64,000 bases of DNA, from the IMG/VR virus record IMGVR_UViG_3300037465_000316, one strand, 5' to 3'. Below are positions 46,707 to 55,867 of the stretch, piece by piece (the first letter of the stretch is position 1; every line of letters starts with the position of its first letter). Source of the DNA: a virus. The notes below the pieces were generated by a model. It was not told the origin of the DNA. It ran no database searches and saw only the letters and a list, made by a program, of their open reading frames with translations. The translations under genes and the position numbers were made by a program.

Positions 46707-47062
46707 TGGTACAACCCCAATGGGACTTGGTTATCTGCTGCCGGGTGATGCTCACGAGTACCGGCAATGACCCAATCCTCTGGGTAAAGGACGGGGATAA
46801 GCCAATAGAGCATTTCCCGCCCGGCCCTGACAGGCCACACCTACAGGATAAGCACATCCAGGAGATGGTGGCCGAGATGCAGCCAAGCCCACACACAGAG
46901 AAGCGTCAGGGGATGATTGTGTACCGCTATAAGCGGATTGGCCGAGAGCCTGACTACCACAGGGCTAACTACGAGGGAGACTGCCCTGAGAGTGGTATGA
47001 GGGTGGCTAACCCTGACAAAGAGGCCGTAAGGCGCAATATGGAACGGTGGGCAAATGCGTGA
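46706..47062 (+). CDS. hypothetical protein
   Basis: TAATG-coupled ORF. Confidence 0.55.
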   Translation: MVQPQWDLVICCRVMLTSTGNDPILWVKDGDKPIEHFPPGPDRPHLQDKHIQEMVAEMQPSPHTEKRQGMIVYRYKRIGREPDYHRANYEGDCPESGMRVANPDKEAVRRNMERWANA

Positions 47063-47097
47063 CCGCATAAAGAAGGCCCACACCCCCTATAGAGGAC

Positions 47098-47164
47098 AGC
47101 CCTCTTCCTACATCTTTGAGTGATTAAAGGTGTAAGAAGGGGGCTTTTTTGATGAGGTTTTTTC
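47098..47164 (+). terminator. intrinsic terminator (long hairpin)
   Basis: AGCCC-TCTTCCTACATCTTT...AAAGGTGTAAGAAG-GGGCT followed by a T run. Confidence 0.7.
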
Positions 47165-47191
47165 TAATTATCTATATATCGAGGAGGAATT

Positions 47192-47404
47192 GTGATACAC
47201 AAACACACAATCACAGTGGTTAGTGGTAATGGCCAGGTCAACACCATACAGGAGAATAGCCTTATGGTAGAGGACAGGGTCGGCCAGGTGATGGTGAATA
47301 GCCAGGCTCAGATGGTCACGGTCAAAGGGCCTGACCAGAAGGTAGAGGCTATCTACTTCCGTAGGGGCAGCACCTGGGGCAAGGTAGATTGTGGCAGATG
47401 CTAG
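47192..47404 (+). CDS. hypothetical protein
   Basis: GAGGAGG RBS before GTG. Confidence 0.55.
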   Translation: MIHKHTITVVSGNGQVNTIQENSLMVEDRVGQVMVNSQAQMVTVKGPDQKVEAIYFRRGSTWGKVDCGRC

Positions 47405-47472
47405 GGACAATCCCGTGAAAGCCGGGATCAGGCGAGAGCCTGCTCCGCTCAAATCTGAAAGGAGACTGCGCG

Positions 47473-47838
47473 ATGGTTCGTAGGGATGATGGTTCTGTAG
47501 ATGTCGGTCGAGGGACAATCTACGGCAATCCGGTCAAGATAGGCCGAGTGTGTCCGGTCTGTGGTGACACACACAACAGTCCAGGCTCGACACTGGACTG
47601 TTACAAAAAGTATTTGTTCGCTCGTATCTGTGGCGATCCGGCGAAGGCAAAGTGGGGTGAGCAGATTGCCCTGAGAGGCAGTGTAAGGCTTCGGCCCGGC
47701 AACTTCGCTGACCAACTGATGAAACTCCTGGACGAAGAGCTGTTTTGTCCAGGATGTGGCATCGGCTTACCCACCTGCCATGCCCGGATCATCGAGCGAG
47801 CAATAGACTGGTTAAAACAGGTGCAGTCACAGCCTTAG
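47473..47838 (+). CDS. DUF4326-like protein
   Basis: VDVGRGTIYGNPVKIG...YKKYL...LFCPGCG...CHA.II. Confidence 0.75.
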   Translation: MVRRDDGSVDVGRGTIYGNPVKIGRVCPVCGDTHNSPGSTLDCYKKYLFARICGDPAKAKWGEQIALRGSVRLRPGNFADQLMKLLDEELFCPGCGIGLPTCHARIIERAIDWLKQVQSQP

Positions 47839-47860
47839 AGTGTGGCTCTATCAATTCATC

Positions 47861-47891
47861 AAGCCCCAGGGAAGTCCCTTGGGGCTTTTTT
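47861..47891 (+). terminator. intrinsic terminator
   Basis: AAGCCCCAGGGA-AG-TCCCTTGGGGC followed by T6. Confidence 0.75.
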
Positions 47892-47917
47892 ATTTCACCT
47901 TGAAAGGACGGACTCAA

Positions 47918-48034
47918 ATGTTATTCATTCTCAAATCTCTCTTAAACAATGTTCGCAGTTGGACCTGTCGCTGTGGGGCGACCAATAGCGATATCGCTCA
48001 TGACCGTTGCCAATTCTGTGGGGAGAGCCGCTAA
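47918..48034 (+). CDS. small Zn-ribbon peptide
   Basis: WTCRCGATN...RCQFCG. Confidence 0.5.
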   Translation: MLFILKSLLNNVRSWTCRCGATNSDIAHDRCQFCGESR

Positions 48035-48225
48035 TGCTAGAGGATTTATTCACCCCGGAATTGATGGCGAAGTTAAGCCAGGTAGAGCAGAAGCTAGTGG
48101 CCGATGTAATTAGCCACGAGAAGGAGTTCCAACGACCACTGCCGGCCAAATCCTTCTTCAAATCCCTCTGTCTCAAGCTCTACCGCAAGGCTTTACCCCA
48201 GGGAAAGGAGGAAGTCCGACGATGA
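48034..48225 (+). CDS. hypothetical protein
   Basis: TAATG-coupled ORF. Confidence 0.5.
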   Translation: MLEDLFTPELMAKLSQVEQKLVADVISHEKEFQRPLPAKSFFKSLCLKLYRKALPQGKEEVRR

Positions 48226-48329
48226 GTGGCAAAGCCTGGTTCTGGGCACTCGTTCTGTCAGTGATAGCTTGGGTAATCATCACCTTAGTTATCTTTGGAA
48301 TCATCCTCTTAATAAGTGGTTGTTGTTAA
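48222..48329 (+). CDS. 35-aa single-TM peptide
   Basis: GGAGG RBS; hydrophobic segment. Confidence 0.5.
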   Translation: MSGKAWFWALVLSVIAWVIITLVIFGIILLISGCC

Positions 48330-48401
48330 ACCAATTGGGGGCCGTTTGACCCCCAATTGGTCAAAATTAGCCAGAATCGGACATTGAAAGGAGCGTAACC
48401 T

Positions 48402-51206
48402 ATGAGAAAGACAACAATCTTCCGCTACGTACTTCAAGCAGCCGGACTAGCCCCGGAGATGCGCGGCCACCGGCACATGAGCGAAGACGCCGCCAATTTC
48501 ACCACGAAGAATCAACCTGGCCTGACCTTTCTGAAGGTTGATGTGAAAAGCAATTTCAAGAGCCTCGACGCTGAGAATATGCTTACAACCTGGCCGGTGC
48601 TGGACAAAGAAGGCAAGAATACCGGCGCCGAGGCGATCTACTGCGGGCACGGAAGTTCGGTTAAGCACGGCTATGTTTATTTCCTGGTCGTTCGGAGAGA
48701 CGGTCAGGAGATAGTTGAGGCCACAGACTACCTGGTGAAAGCCTGGGAGATGTTAGGTATCAGCGAGAACCTCTACCGTTTCGGTGCTCACCTGATGCCC
48801 AAGACAATGGCTTCTCTAACCATGAACGGAGCTAAGGTGATGGGTGTGCCTGATGGCTCAATCCTGTACTGCTCGGATGGTAAGAAGTCCTTGTTCCGAG
48901 ATGGGCACGGCGTCATCAATAAGAGCCTGAAAGCCCCCCTGATGAAGCAGAAGCCGCGAGTGTTTCAGTTCAAGGATGGCAGTCTATTGACCCCGACAGT
49001 CTTTAGCCAACTTGACTTCAGTCAGGCGGTTGCCGATGAACTTCTAGAGGGCTTCGAGAAGCGCAGCAAGGCGCTGACTTCTGAATCCTACTTCAAGTTC
49101 GTGCAGGCCAGCCGCTTTGGAAACGAGCGGGGTGAAAACCTGATAGGTAAATCCATCTTTGCTGATGTGGCGATGATGGAAGAAGTTATGGCCGAGATTG
49201 CCCGAAGGGGAATCAACGGCGAGGTTCAGAACTTACTCGCCCGACACCCAGCCTTCTCACCACGCCTGGCCAAAGGGTTGGCGAGAGATATGTATAAGGT
49301 GGCGACCACCGGAGGACTGAAAGGTACGTACTACAAGATAGCCCCCTGCCCAAGTCTCCCTGGGGAAACCGAGCCGGTTATCATTCGCAAATCCAACAAA
49401 ACCGGCAAGGCCCTGGTCATTCGCTACCCGGTGAGCGACAGCAAATCAGTGCTGGCCGCAACCTCGAAAGAGGACCGACTAGACTTCAAGGGCGAGATGG
49501 TGCAGCTCCGGGTTACGACGAAGAATCTAACCTGGTCGGCCAAAGGCACAGCCACCTTCCGAAACCTCGAAAGCGCGTACATCATCACCCCGGACGGAGA
49601 GCGAATCGAAGTACCATCTGACGCAGCCTACATTTGGGGCAGCGAGGATCAGAAAATGCCCTGCAAACCCAACCTGATGGAAGTCATCACCGAGGATATT
49701 GAGGTGATGATAACCGAATGGTATCGGCCGGCAGATGTGGCTCTAATGCCCTGTGGCTATGTGGATGGCGTTTATCACGAAGAGCTTGACCACGCCCACA
49801 GCCAGAACGCCGATTTTGATGGCGATGGGGTTGTAGTCAGTTGGGTAGGCAATCGGCCAAATCTCTGGCAAGCCTTCAAAGCCCTCAACGGGACCGAGTT
49901 GGCTGTGGCCAAGATGAAGAAGTCAAAGACGCCTTTGGTCAAGTTCAGCAACCTCAACGAGTTCCAGGCCAACAGCACGACCGTCTATCAAATGATCGGG
50001 CGCTCGATTGCGGATTACGTTGGCCAGGTCACAAACCTGATGCAGCGTTATCTGCTCTACAGCCCTGCCCAGCGCGAAAAACTGGCACAGGCCAGGTTCA
50101 ATATGAGCCGGCTCGAACTTGAGGCTGAGTTTGCTTTCTACCTACAACTGGCCGTTGACCTGTTCAAGTTCAACGATAGCGAGCTGGTGGAAAAGCTGGC
50201 CCGGTTCATTGCTCACGTCGAGGCCGTTTTCAGGCTGGAAGCCTCGTTGTTCAATGAGGGCGATGGCCTGGGCAAAATCAAAATGGGACACGTCGGCAAA
50301 GACAAGAACCAGGCTAACCTGGGGAAAGGTTATATGTGGTTCACAAACCACATTCCAGAGGTAGATGAGTTTGCCGGTTGCGATGGATTCATTCCCTCTC
50401 TGATGCGCCAGACGCTGGCCAGGGACGAAAGCGGCAATTTCGTCCTATGGGGTGCTGAGATTGCCAACAAGGGAATCTTGCCCAATGCCACGTACCAGGT
50501 GTGGGTAGCACCGACAAACCAGCGCGCCCTGAAGCTAGCCGGTGAGATCAAAGAACGCTACGGCAAGGAGGCTTACGGCCTCGCTGTTGGCTACGAGGTC
50601 GAATCAGGCAACGGTGAAGATGTGCTAAAGAGTGAGTGGCTGGACTTCATCACCGAGTTTCGGGCTGAGATAGTCGAGCAGGCCAGGCGTGAGCGTATCA
50701 GCCTGCAAGACCTGTTCGACGCTCTATGGTTTAGCTATACGAATAAACCTGACCAGCAAGGCGACCAATCAATGCCGATCCTGCTCCTACCGGAACAGTT
50801 CTTCGGGATGGTCGAGCGACTGATCAAGGACGAGTTCGGCCAGTGGGTTCATCCTGACCTGAAAGGCAAACTCATTGATAAAACCCAGTGGCTGCCGCTG
50901 CTAAATATCTCGCAGCAGTGGGTCAACTATCCAGAGTCGCCATTGGTCAAGGGGTTGGACGGTAAGGCCATCGTGGTTGAAGCCCAATGCCACGAAGTGG
51001 TTCGTTCAGGCCAGAAGAGAGTAGTCAGTGTGGTAATTCCAGAGGATGATGCTTACGAGGCTCATCTGAGAGAAGCCAAAGGGTTGCCGCTGGGCAGCCT
51101 GGGCTACACATTAACCACCTACGAGGGTAAGTTCAAGGCTATGTTCAGATGGACGCCGGGAAAAACCAACGGCGGCACAATGAATGTGGCTCTAATTCCA
51201 GCTTAA
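48402..51206 (+). CDS. single-subunit double-psi beta-barrel RNA polymerase (YonO / cellular RdRP-like)
   Basis: DGHGVI (48900), IRYP (49422), QLR..KG (49503-49547), NADFDGD (49806-49826), VGQVTN, QLAVDLFK. Confidence 0.9.
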   Translation: MRKTTIFRYVLQAAGLAPEMRGHRHMSEDAANFTTKNQPGLTFLKVDVKSNFKSLDAENMLTTWPVLDKEGKNTGAEAIYCGHGSSVKHGYVYFLVVRRDGQEIVEATDYLVKAWEMLGISENLYRFGAHLMPKTMASLTMNGAKVMGVPDGSILYCSDGKKSLFRDGHGVINKSLKAPLMKQKPRVFQFKDGSLLTPTVFSQLDFSQAVADELLEGFEKRSKALTSESYFKFVQASRFGNERGENLIGKSIFADVAMMEEVMAEIARRGINGEVQNLLARHPAFSPRLAKGLARDMYKVATTGGLKGTYYKIAPCPSLPGETEPVIIRKSNKTGKALVIRYPVSDSKSVLAATSKEDRLDFKGEMVQLRVTTKNLTWSAKGTATFRNLESAYIITPDGERIEVPSDAAYIWGSEDQKMPCKPNLMEVITEDIEVMITEWYRPADVALMPCGYVDGVYHEELDHAHSQNADFDGDGVVVSWVGNRPNLWQAFKALNGTELAVAKMKKSKTPLVKFSNLNEFQANSTTVYQMIGRSIADYVGQVTNLMQRYLLYSPAQREKLAQARFNMSRLELEAEFAFYLQLAVDLFKFNDSELVEKLARFIAHVEAVFRLEASLFNEGDGLGKIKMGHVGKDKNQANLGKGYMWFTNHIPEVDEFAGCDGFIPSLMRQTLARDESGNFVLWGAEIANKGILPNATYQVWVAPTNQRALKLAGEIKERYGKEAYGLAVGYEVESGNGEDVLKSEWLDFITEFRAEIVEQARRERISLQDLFDALWFSYTNKPDQQGDQSMPILLLPEQFFGMVERLIKDEFGQWVHPDLKGKLIDKTQWLPLLNISQQWVNYPESPLVKGLDGKAIVVEAQCHEVVRSGQKRVVSVVIPEDDAYEAHLREAKGLPLGSLGYTLTTYEGKFKAMFRWTPGKTNGGTMNVALIPA

Positions 51207-51271
51207 TTAACCAAGTCTCCCTGGGGTAATTTACCCTGGGGAGACAATTTACTTTGAAAGGACAAAGCACG

Positions 51272-51640
51272 ATGAAAATCTACGTTGATGGGGGTTGCGC
51301 CCCCAATCCAGGTCCGGGTGGATGGGGATGGGTCACTGAGGACTCAACCAGGATGGCCTACGGCGGCCTGGAACACAGCACGAACAACTATATGGAACTG
51401 GTTGCCATCAAGGAAGCCCTGGACACCAATACCGGCAACGTGACGCTGCTGTGCGATAGCCAGTATGCAATAGCTGTCTGCACTCGTACTTGCCGCCCAG
51501 CTCCCGACCACGTTGACATTAAGTTTGAAATCATCAACTTGATGCAGGGCCGAGAAGTTATCTTCGAGAAGATTGAGTCGAAGAAGAACGAGGCTCACCC
51601 CCTGGTAGTGGCTGGCCGCCAGAAAGCAGCAAAGCGTTGA
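51272..51640 (+). CDS. rnhA: ribonuclease HI-like protein
   Basis: IYVDGGCAPNPGPGGWG, TNNYMEL.AI.EAL, CDSQY. Confidence 0.9.
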   Translation: MKIYVDGGCAPNPGPGGWGWVTEDSTRMAYGGLEHSTNNYMELVAIKEALDTNTGNVTLLCDSQYAIAVCTRTCRPAPDHVDIKFEIINLMQGREVIFEKIESKKNEAHPLVVAGRQKAAKR

Positions 51641-51646
51641 CCCTTA

Positions 51647-51688
51647 CTTACCTATCGTGCAGGTTGTACGATAGGTAAGCCCTTTTTC
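51647..51688 (+). terminator. intrinsic terminator
   Basis: CTTACCTATCGTGCA-GGT-TGTACGATAGGTAAG followed by CCCTTTTT. Confidence 0.75.
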
Positions 51689-51842
51689 TCGCCGCTTCGC
51701 GGCACATGATACGGCCTTCGGCCTGTGTAATTTTCTGGACTGAATCAGTCTACCGTTTTTCGTTTCAGGCAATCGGAGCTTGATTTCGAGGCAGCGGAGC
51801 TTAAATCAAAAGTCAAAATTCTTATAGGAAAGGAAACCTCTC

Positions 51843-52160
51843 ATGATCGCAACGACCGTTTTCAACACCGAAGCCAAGGCCATTTGGGATGGAGTCTCCG
51901 GGCGCGTCAGCAACAAGGGCCTGGAAAACCTGGCCACTCTCTTAGCCCCCCAAATCGAAGCCGGTGACGTGGCCAAGATCGAGGACCCCAACAAGACGGG
52001 TGTCTTTGAGGGCCTGGGCTGGCGGTTGGAAGTGCATGCGTTGGGTGGCAAATCTGCCCTCTTCCGCAGCTATGTCCTGACCTGCCCTGCCAACTTCGCC
52101 GCGCAGATGGAAACCGAGATCGGCAAGATCGAGGGTGTGCTGGTCAACGACCGCAGCTAA
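51843..52160 (+). CDS. hypothetical protein
   Basis: AAAGGA RBS; 105 aa. Confidence 0.65.
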   Translation: MIATTVFNTEAKAIWDGVSGRVSNKGLENLATLLAPQIEAGDVAKIEDPNKTGVFEGLGWRLEVHALGGKSALFRSYVLTCPANFAAQMETEIGKIEGVLVNDRS

Positions 52161-52212
52161 CCCCCTCGCCAGTTTTCACCCTGGGGAAAAATTTTTCCCC
52201 AGGGTAAAAGAC

Positions 52213-52258
52213 TTGACCCAAAAACCAAATAGCGTTATAATAGTGATTAAGTAATCAC
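52213..52258 (+). promoter_or_regulatory. strong sigma70-like promoter with operator
   Basis: TTGACC(52213)-17-TATAAT(52236); GTGATTAAGTAATCAC at 52243-52258. Confidence 0.85.
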
Positions 52259-52266
52259 CTTTTTAC

Positions 52267-52333
52267 GCCGCAGATAGTCCAAAGGTAGGGCGGCCCGTCG
52301 GGCAGGTTTGGGTTCAACCCCCAATCAGCGGCA
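52267..52333 (+). ncRNA. tRNA-like RNA with truncated anticodon arm
   Basis: Acceptor CCGCAGA/TCAGCGG; TA; D arm GTCC-AAAGGTA-GGGC; arm GCCC-GTC-GGGC; T arm TTGGG-TTCAACC-CCCAA. Confidence 0.7.
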
Positions 52334-52699
52334 TAGCTCAGGTAAGCCCCTGAGTGAATGTCCTCCTTTCAAACCCTCGCATGCCTTCACCGGCATGCGA
52401 GGACTTTTGGTAAGCCTCATCGTTTCAAAGAAGACGATCCGGTCGAGGATGCTGAAAGAAAGAAAAGGTACGATGAGCAAGACGTGGGGTATCCACGCCA
52501 GCAAGTAAGGGAGTCTCTGCCTGCGGGTGGGGGCGATGGAAGGCGGAACGCTGGCCCGGTATTGGCCGATATTGGGCGCAGTCAGAACGCATGGTGCCAA
52601 TGGGCAGGTGGGTGGCCCGGCCCCGAACCGTCAGCAGCACTAAGCAACTGTCGGAGCTTATAAAATCAAATCTCTTAGTGTGAAAGGAAAAAAACCAAC

Positions 52700-53101
52700 A
52701 TGTTCCAACAAACTCAAATCATTGGGAACCTGGGCGGCGACCCGGAGCTGCGTTATACGCCCTCCGGCCAGGCAGTTTGCAATTTCAGCGTTGCCACTAG
52801 CCGCAAATGGACCGACTCCAACACCGGCGAAGTCAACGAGAAAACTACTTGGTTTCGTGTAACCGCCTGGGGCAAGCTAGGTGAGGTCTGCAATACCTAC
52901 CTTACCAAAGGCCGGCAGGTCTTTGTCTCTGGCGAAGTCGAGGCCCAAGCCTGGTCAGACCGCGAAGGCAATCCCCGCGCAACTCTGGCCCTCACAGCTC
53001 GTGAGATCAAGTTCCTGGGCGGCAAGCGTGAGAATGGCAACGGTGGTGGTTACGAGGCAGCCGAAGAGTCGTCTGTGACCGAAGACGAAATCCCCTTCTA
53101 A
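52700..53101 (+). CDS. ssb: single-stranded DNA-binding protein
   Basis: IIGNLGGDPELRYTPSG.AVCNFSVA...TTWFRVTAWGK..KGRQV; acidic tail EDEIPF. Confidence 0.95.
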   Translation: MFQQTQIIGNLGGDPELRYTPSGQAVCNFSVATSRKWTDSNTGEVNEKTTWFRVTAWGKLGEVCNTYLTKGRQVFVSGEVEAQAWSDREGNPRATLALTAREIKFLGGKRENGNGGGYEAAEESSVTEDEIPF

Positions 53102-53130
53102 ACAAAACCAACCAATCAGCCAACTGAAAA

Positions 53131-53163
53131 GTGAACTCCCCCTATTCTCCTGGGGGAGTTCAC
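53131..53163. terminator. hairpin after ssb
   Basis: GTGAACTCCCCC-9 nt-GGGGGAGTTCAC; no clear U-tract. Confidence 0.5.
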
Positions 53164-53177
53164 CAGGAAATACCTTT

Positions 53178-53363
53178 ATGAAAATCAACAACTTAATCAC
53201 CGGAGCTTTAGCCAGCATGATCGGCTATTTGCCCCACCTACTGCGCCCGGAGCACACCAGCAAACACAGGAAAGGTCGTCGCCGCCCCAAGAATTGGGCA
53301 GCCAATCGCAAGATACGCCGGCAGATGGCCAAGGCCAGCCGTAAAATCAACCGTCAAAAATAG
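53178..53363 (+). CDS. small basic protein
   Basis: Arg/Lys-rich 61 aa. Confidence 0.55.
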   Translation: MKINNLITGALASMIGYLPHLLRPEHTSKHRKGRRRPKNWAANRKIRRQMAKASRKINRQK

Positions 53364-53414
53364 GCCGGAGCCTAAACTCCGGCCACTCTGAAGAAATAGA
53401 GAAAGGATTTTTTT

Positions 53415-53789
53415 ATGGACCACGAATATGAATGGGTCATCTTTGAAGCATTAGGCAAAAAGGTTTTTGCAGGCCGGTACTTCTTTGAAAATGGTCTGCA
53501 TAGGCTGGATGTGCCGATTCCTGGTGAAGAAAACAAGTTCAGAACGCACCGCTTTGGTGAGGGTGCGGTCTACTGCATCACCTCAGTGACTGAGGAATCA
53601 GCCAGAGCGGTGGCCGCGAGATGTTACGTCCCTGATCCGGTTCCCTGGGATGTAGTTAGGGATATTGAGAAGCAGGTGAAAGCGAATTTGATGTTGCAAT
53701 TACCTGCTCCAGATGACGACGGCGATTACGAAGAAGATTATGACGACGACTACGACGACTCAGACGAAACCGCAAATCCACAGGACTAA
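53415..53789 (+). CDS. hypothetical protein with acidic tail
   Basis: AAAGGA RBS; D/E-rich C-terminus. Confidence 0.65.
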   Translation: MDHEYEWVIFEALGKKVFAGRYFFENGLHRLDVPIPGEENKFRTHRFGEGAVYCITSVTEESARAVAARCYVPDPVPWDVVRDIEKQVKANLMLQLPAPDDDGDYEEDYDDDYDDSDETANPQD

Positions 53790-54062
53790 ATACTACCTGG
53801 TCAGGCTCCCCACCGATCATAAACCCGGAACAATGACTATTCTGATGTGGTGGGGAGAACACGATACTGCGACCAAGTGCGAGAAAAATACCTACTACGT
53901 CGCTGAGCGAAGTGAAACAAGGCTGCTCATGGAAAGGCGCAAATTCTTTCGTCACTGTTTAGCAGTCAAAGGCAAAAGGATTCTCAAGTACATGAACCGT
54001 TATGGTTTTGAACTCGCCCCACCTGCAAATATGTACGATGATTGGGAGCAGAGCGCCTTATA

Positions 54063-55109
54063 ATGACTGATAAAATCTATATCACTGCGACATTAGATAC
54101 GGTCTTGAAAGACGGAGCTACCCTCATTGCTTCTATTTCTGGTGGTAAAGATGGTCAGGCGATGGTTAACCAACTTGTGATTGAATACTATCACCGCCAC
54201 TGGACCGGGCCATTTTACTGCCTACACATGGACTTAGGCCGGTCGGAATGGTTGGAGACTCCTAACCAAGTAGCCAGAATCGCAGCTAATGCTGGACTCG
54301 AACTGGTCGTGCGTAAACGACCGCAGGGTGATTTAGTGCAGGAGATTGAGGATAGGATGCTTAAACTTACGGGCATCCCACCCTGGCCAAGACCCGACTT
54401 AAGGTTTTGTACCTCAGATCAAAAGCGCGATCAGGCTCAAAAAGAGCAGCGTAGCCCCAAGCCATTCTGGCCTTCCTCAGAAACACGATACTGCACCTCA
54501 GACCAAAAGCGCGATCAGGGAGCGAAAGAGATACGAGAGCCTAAGCCGTTCTGGCCTAGTCCTGATGCGCGATATTGCACTGCCCATCAGAAAACTAACC
54601 AGGGTGACAAAGAGACACGGCGACACCAAAATGTAGTCATCTCGGCTCAGGGCATTCGCGCTGAAGAATCGCGCAAGCGAGAAAAGAAAAAACCCCTCTC
54701 CATAAACCATCGAGTATGCTCCCAGGAGCGTATGGCCCTGGAATGGTATCCCATCTTCTATTGGAGCGAGGCCGAGGTCTACAGACGTTGTGGTCACTCC
54801 ATCGAGGAAAGGGACTATCGCCGGCAACTTTATCGAGAAGGCCAAATCGAGGAAGCCTTAGCCGACTGGAACATGCATCCTTGCTATATTTATGGCATGT
54901 CGAGGTGTTCTTGTGGCATCTGCATACTTAATAACCCCCATGATCGTATTATCGGCGTTCGATACAATAGATGGCTGGCCAAGCATTATAGCCAAATGGA
55001 GATTGAGTCAGGCTTTAGCTTCTGGCCAGACCAATCAATCACGGAAATTTTAACCGGCGAGCCACTCAAAAGAAAAAGTGACCAGCCAATTCAACTTTAT
55101 CTAATATGA
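54063..55109 (+). CDS. PAPS-reductase-family (DndC-like PP-loop) protein with a triplicated Cys motif
   Basis: SISGGKDG PP-loop, HMDLGRSEW, GIRAEESRKR, RCSCGIC; three WP...R(F/Y)CT repeats. Confidence 0.8.
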   Translation: MTDKIYITATLDTVLKDGATLIASISGGKDGQAMVNQLVIEYYHRHWTGPFYCLHMDLGRSEWLETPNQVARIAANAGLELVVRKRPQGDLVQEIEDRMLKLTGIPPWPRPDLRFCTSDQKRDQAQKEQRSPKPFWPSSETRYCTSDQKRDQGAKEIREPKPFWPSPDARYCTAHQKTNQGDKETRRHQNVVISAQGIRAEESRKREKKKPLSINHRVCSQERMALEWYPIFYWSEAEVYRRCGHSIEERDYRRQLYREGQIEEALADWNMHPCYIYGMSRCSCGICILNNPHDRIIGVRYNRWLAKHYSQMEIESGFSFWPDQSITEILTGEPLKRKSDQPIQLYLI

Positions 55110-55393
55110 AAAGGAGAAATAAGTTTATGGATGAAATAGTGACTGCCCGTTATACCAATTGCGGAAACGGTGACTTCGGTGGATTCTCACTGGTCGTCGT
55201 ATTGGTCATCAACAAAAGACCTGACGGTGGCCTACGCGACTGGACAGCCTATTGGGGAGCTACGCCTTCAATGGGTTGGACTGAGGCCGAAACGGTCAAG
55301 TGGGTGGCCGAAAATGGTAACAAGCTCTCCACCAGAGATGCAAAGCACTTCTCTCAAGGTGAAGACCTGCCAATGAGCCACTACCGGGAGTAG
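55106..55393 (+). CDS. hypothetical protein
   Basis: Coupled ORF. Confidence 0.55.
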   Translation: MKRRNKFMDEIVTARYTNCGNGDFGGFSLVVVLVINKRPDGGLRDWTAYWGATPSMGWTEAETVKWVAENGNKLSTRDAKHFSQGEDLPMSHYRE

Positions 55394-55396
55394 ATC

Positions 55397-55867
55397 ATGC
55401 AGCTCTATGTACTGGACTGGTTTGCAAACTACTTACAGGACAGCCTGCTCGAAAGCGAGATAAATCACCTAGTTGAAAATGTAACACCTGAGACAGTTAT
55501 TGAAGTCCAGGTCAAAGTGGATGAACTCTACCAACTCATAGCTGATATTCGTAGCAATATGAATTTCCGACATAAAAATAACGGGTTTGAAACTCCACTA
55601 TTTGACATGGACTCTCTGAAAACCGAGCGACGGGAGATGTTCAACCAGATCATGTCGCTCAAGAAAACCTGGACCACACCAGAGTTATGGGAACTCTGTA
55701 GGGCTAATACTGGCCGGACTGTTACAGTCAAAACCCTCGATGACCAAGCTACTCACAACTTCGTTCATGGCGGTTCGGGGTTTTATGAGAATGGATACCA
55801 CCTATACCAATACCAGTTTATAGTGTTCTACGAAAAGCGTCTTTGGGAAGTGGAGAAAATCACATGA
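55397..55867 (+). CDS. hypothetical protein
   Basis: 156 aa. Confidence 0.6.
   Translation: MQLYVLDWFANYLQDSLLESEINHLVENVTPETVIEVQVKVDELYQLIADIRSNMNFRHKNNGFETPLFDMDSLKTERREMFNQIMSLKKTWTTPELWELCRANTGRTVTVKTLDDQATHNFVHGGSGFYENGYHLYQYQFIVFYEKRLWEVEKIT

Noticed and set aside
52267-52333. Calling the element a functional tRNA
   Set aside because: No 7-nt anticodon loop, so no decoding identity can be assigned.
52500-52670. GC-rich stretch resembling a tmRNA 5' end or a group I intron
   Set aside because: No TTCGA T-loop/acceptor partner and no P7-type conserved elements; left unannotated.
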